A stretch of 64,000 bases of DNA from Octopus vulgaris (Eukaryota), in assembly GCA_951406725.2 (NCBI GenBank), contig OX597827.1, positions 78,802,001 through 78,866,000 on the forward strand. Direction: 5' to 3'. Position numbers and translations under genes: made by a program. Shown in pieces: positions 62,780 through 64,000 of the stretch (positions within the stretch are counted from its first letter, which is position 1; every line of letters begins with the position of its first letter). Below the pieces are notes generated by a model, which saw nothing but the letters and a program-made list of their open reading frames with translations, searched no databases and was not told the origin of the DNA.

Positions 62780-63420
62780 CTGATCAATCAGGTACAATAT
62801 GGCAATGACTGGTGGTTCACAGTCTTTGGAAACTGGTCACAGTCTTTGTCTGCAAAGCTCAGCTTTTCAGTTTTACCACATAGACATTTAGTAAGATAAC
62901 CAAGTGCACCTATAATTGCAGGTGGAAATGTAAATTGATGACCTGGGTAGGGAAGCTGTAGTTTTTGATGCAGTTCTCCATAAATACTCTCTTTCTCCCT
63001 GATTGAGAAAAAATGTTCGTATCTGTAGGGCAAATGTCTTGTATAATAATAACACAATGACCCAAACAATACGAGAAGCCTGTTATGTTTTGAGGGGAAT
63101 GTCCCTTCCAAAATTTGTTATCGTGAAATGAATGTATGTACCCCATGCCAGAAATAGCTTTTGTATTTGTCCATCGAAGGTGGGGGACAGTTTTCCAACA
63201 TCAAGGTATTAACAACATGATGATGATGTATTGGAAGGTATTATCTTAATGACATTTTTGGGGGTAGCTGATGGTCACGTGTATTATCTTCCACTGAAAT
63301 GGGATGTAATTGACATTTCCAGTTGCTTCTGGGGCAGGGGTTGAAGGCTCTCGCTGTCCCTTTTTGTGTTCAATATGTGTTTTGTAGCTATCACCTGCTC
63401 TTGAAACCCTGAAGCTTAAC
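62780..63420 (-). mobile_element. Degenerate non-LTR retrotransposon with restriction-like endonuclease (R4/Dong-like) C-terminus
   Basis: Remnants KHNR..., IIQDICPTDTN and EKESIYGEL...LQLPYPGHQFTFPPAIIGALGY, spread over several frames. Confidence 0.6.
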
Positions 63421-64000
63421 CTCTCGATTTCAATGTAATGTATTATTAATAAGTTCAAAAGATACCACAAGACTTCCTGTCAATATTATGTATACGTATG
63501 TACATATATGGGTGTGTGTATGAATACGTATATGTATGTGTATCTCCATGTATGATTGAGAAAAGAATTGATTTAACAAAAATGAAAAGCTCCATAGGAA
63601 AACAAAAGCAGTTTGTTGTTTAAGTTCATCTGTTTTATTCATAAGAGTTGAAAATGGAACATGGCTGTTCCCAGGAAGAAAATTACAAAATAAGGTCAGA
63701 AGAATTAGATTAACCTTGTGGCCTGATTCTATAAGAGAATCTTGTGATCAGCTTTGTTTGGACATAAGGTGTTGCATAATGTTTAGGCTGACCCATTTAA
63801 TTGCTGGAAAACAACTGATATTGAAGTTAACTTAATGCATGAGTGCATCTCTGTGTCTGTCTGTTTGTCCAGCTCCATTTGTGACCCTGTTCTTCTTCCC
63901 ATTTGCCTATTCCTTGCTACGCTTTTTATTAGCTGAGTTTAGATCAGTCAATGCTTCACTGATTTTCAGCCAACAATGTTTGGTCGTTGTCAGTCCAAGA

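Overview
Eukaryotic, AT-rich, repeat-dense genomic DNA, most likely from an octopus (coleoid cephalopod). That assignment is an inference from the tandem C2H2 zinc-finger gene, the tRNA-derived SINE families, RTE LINE 3' ends with (GAT)n tails and abundant TA/CA microsatellites. The only clear host coding sequence is the 3' part of a 15-finger C2H2 ZNF gene (<1-1586, +), probably followed by a long structured 3' UTR ending near 10 kb. The rest is intronic or intergenic: at least five short interspersed repeat families, RTE/CR1/R4-like LINE fragments, DD37D (maT-like) and DD34D mariner relics, piggyBac- and Tigger-like MITEs, fold-back elements and mini/microsatellites. Most notable observations: (1) about eight type-I hammerhead-ribozyme-like motifs from about five different Penelope/retrozyme-like families, most with very short or palindromic stem III and some with non-canonical cores; (2) a ~600-bp non-coding block duplicated between 6.1-6.7 kb and 50.8-52.5 kb, recognisable across later nested TE insertions; (3) a four-finger periodicity in the ZNF recognition helices; (4) a tandemly amplified compact H-type pseudoknot motif in the RTE 3' UTR family; (5) several long dsRNA-forming inverted repeats. 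All alignments and folds were done by eye; family names are recalled, not searched.
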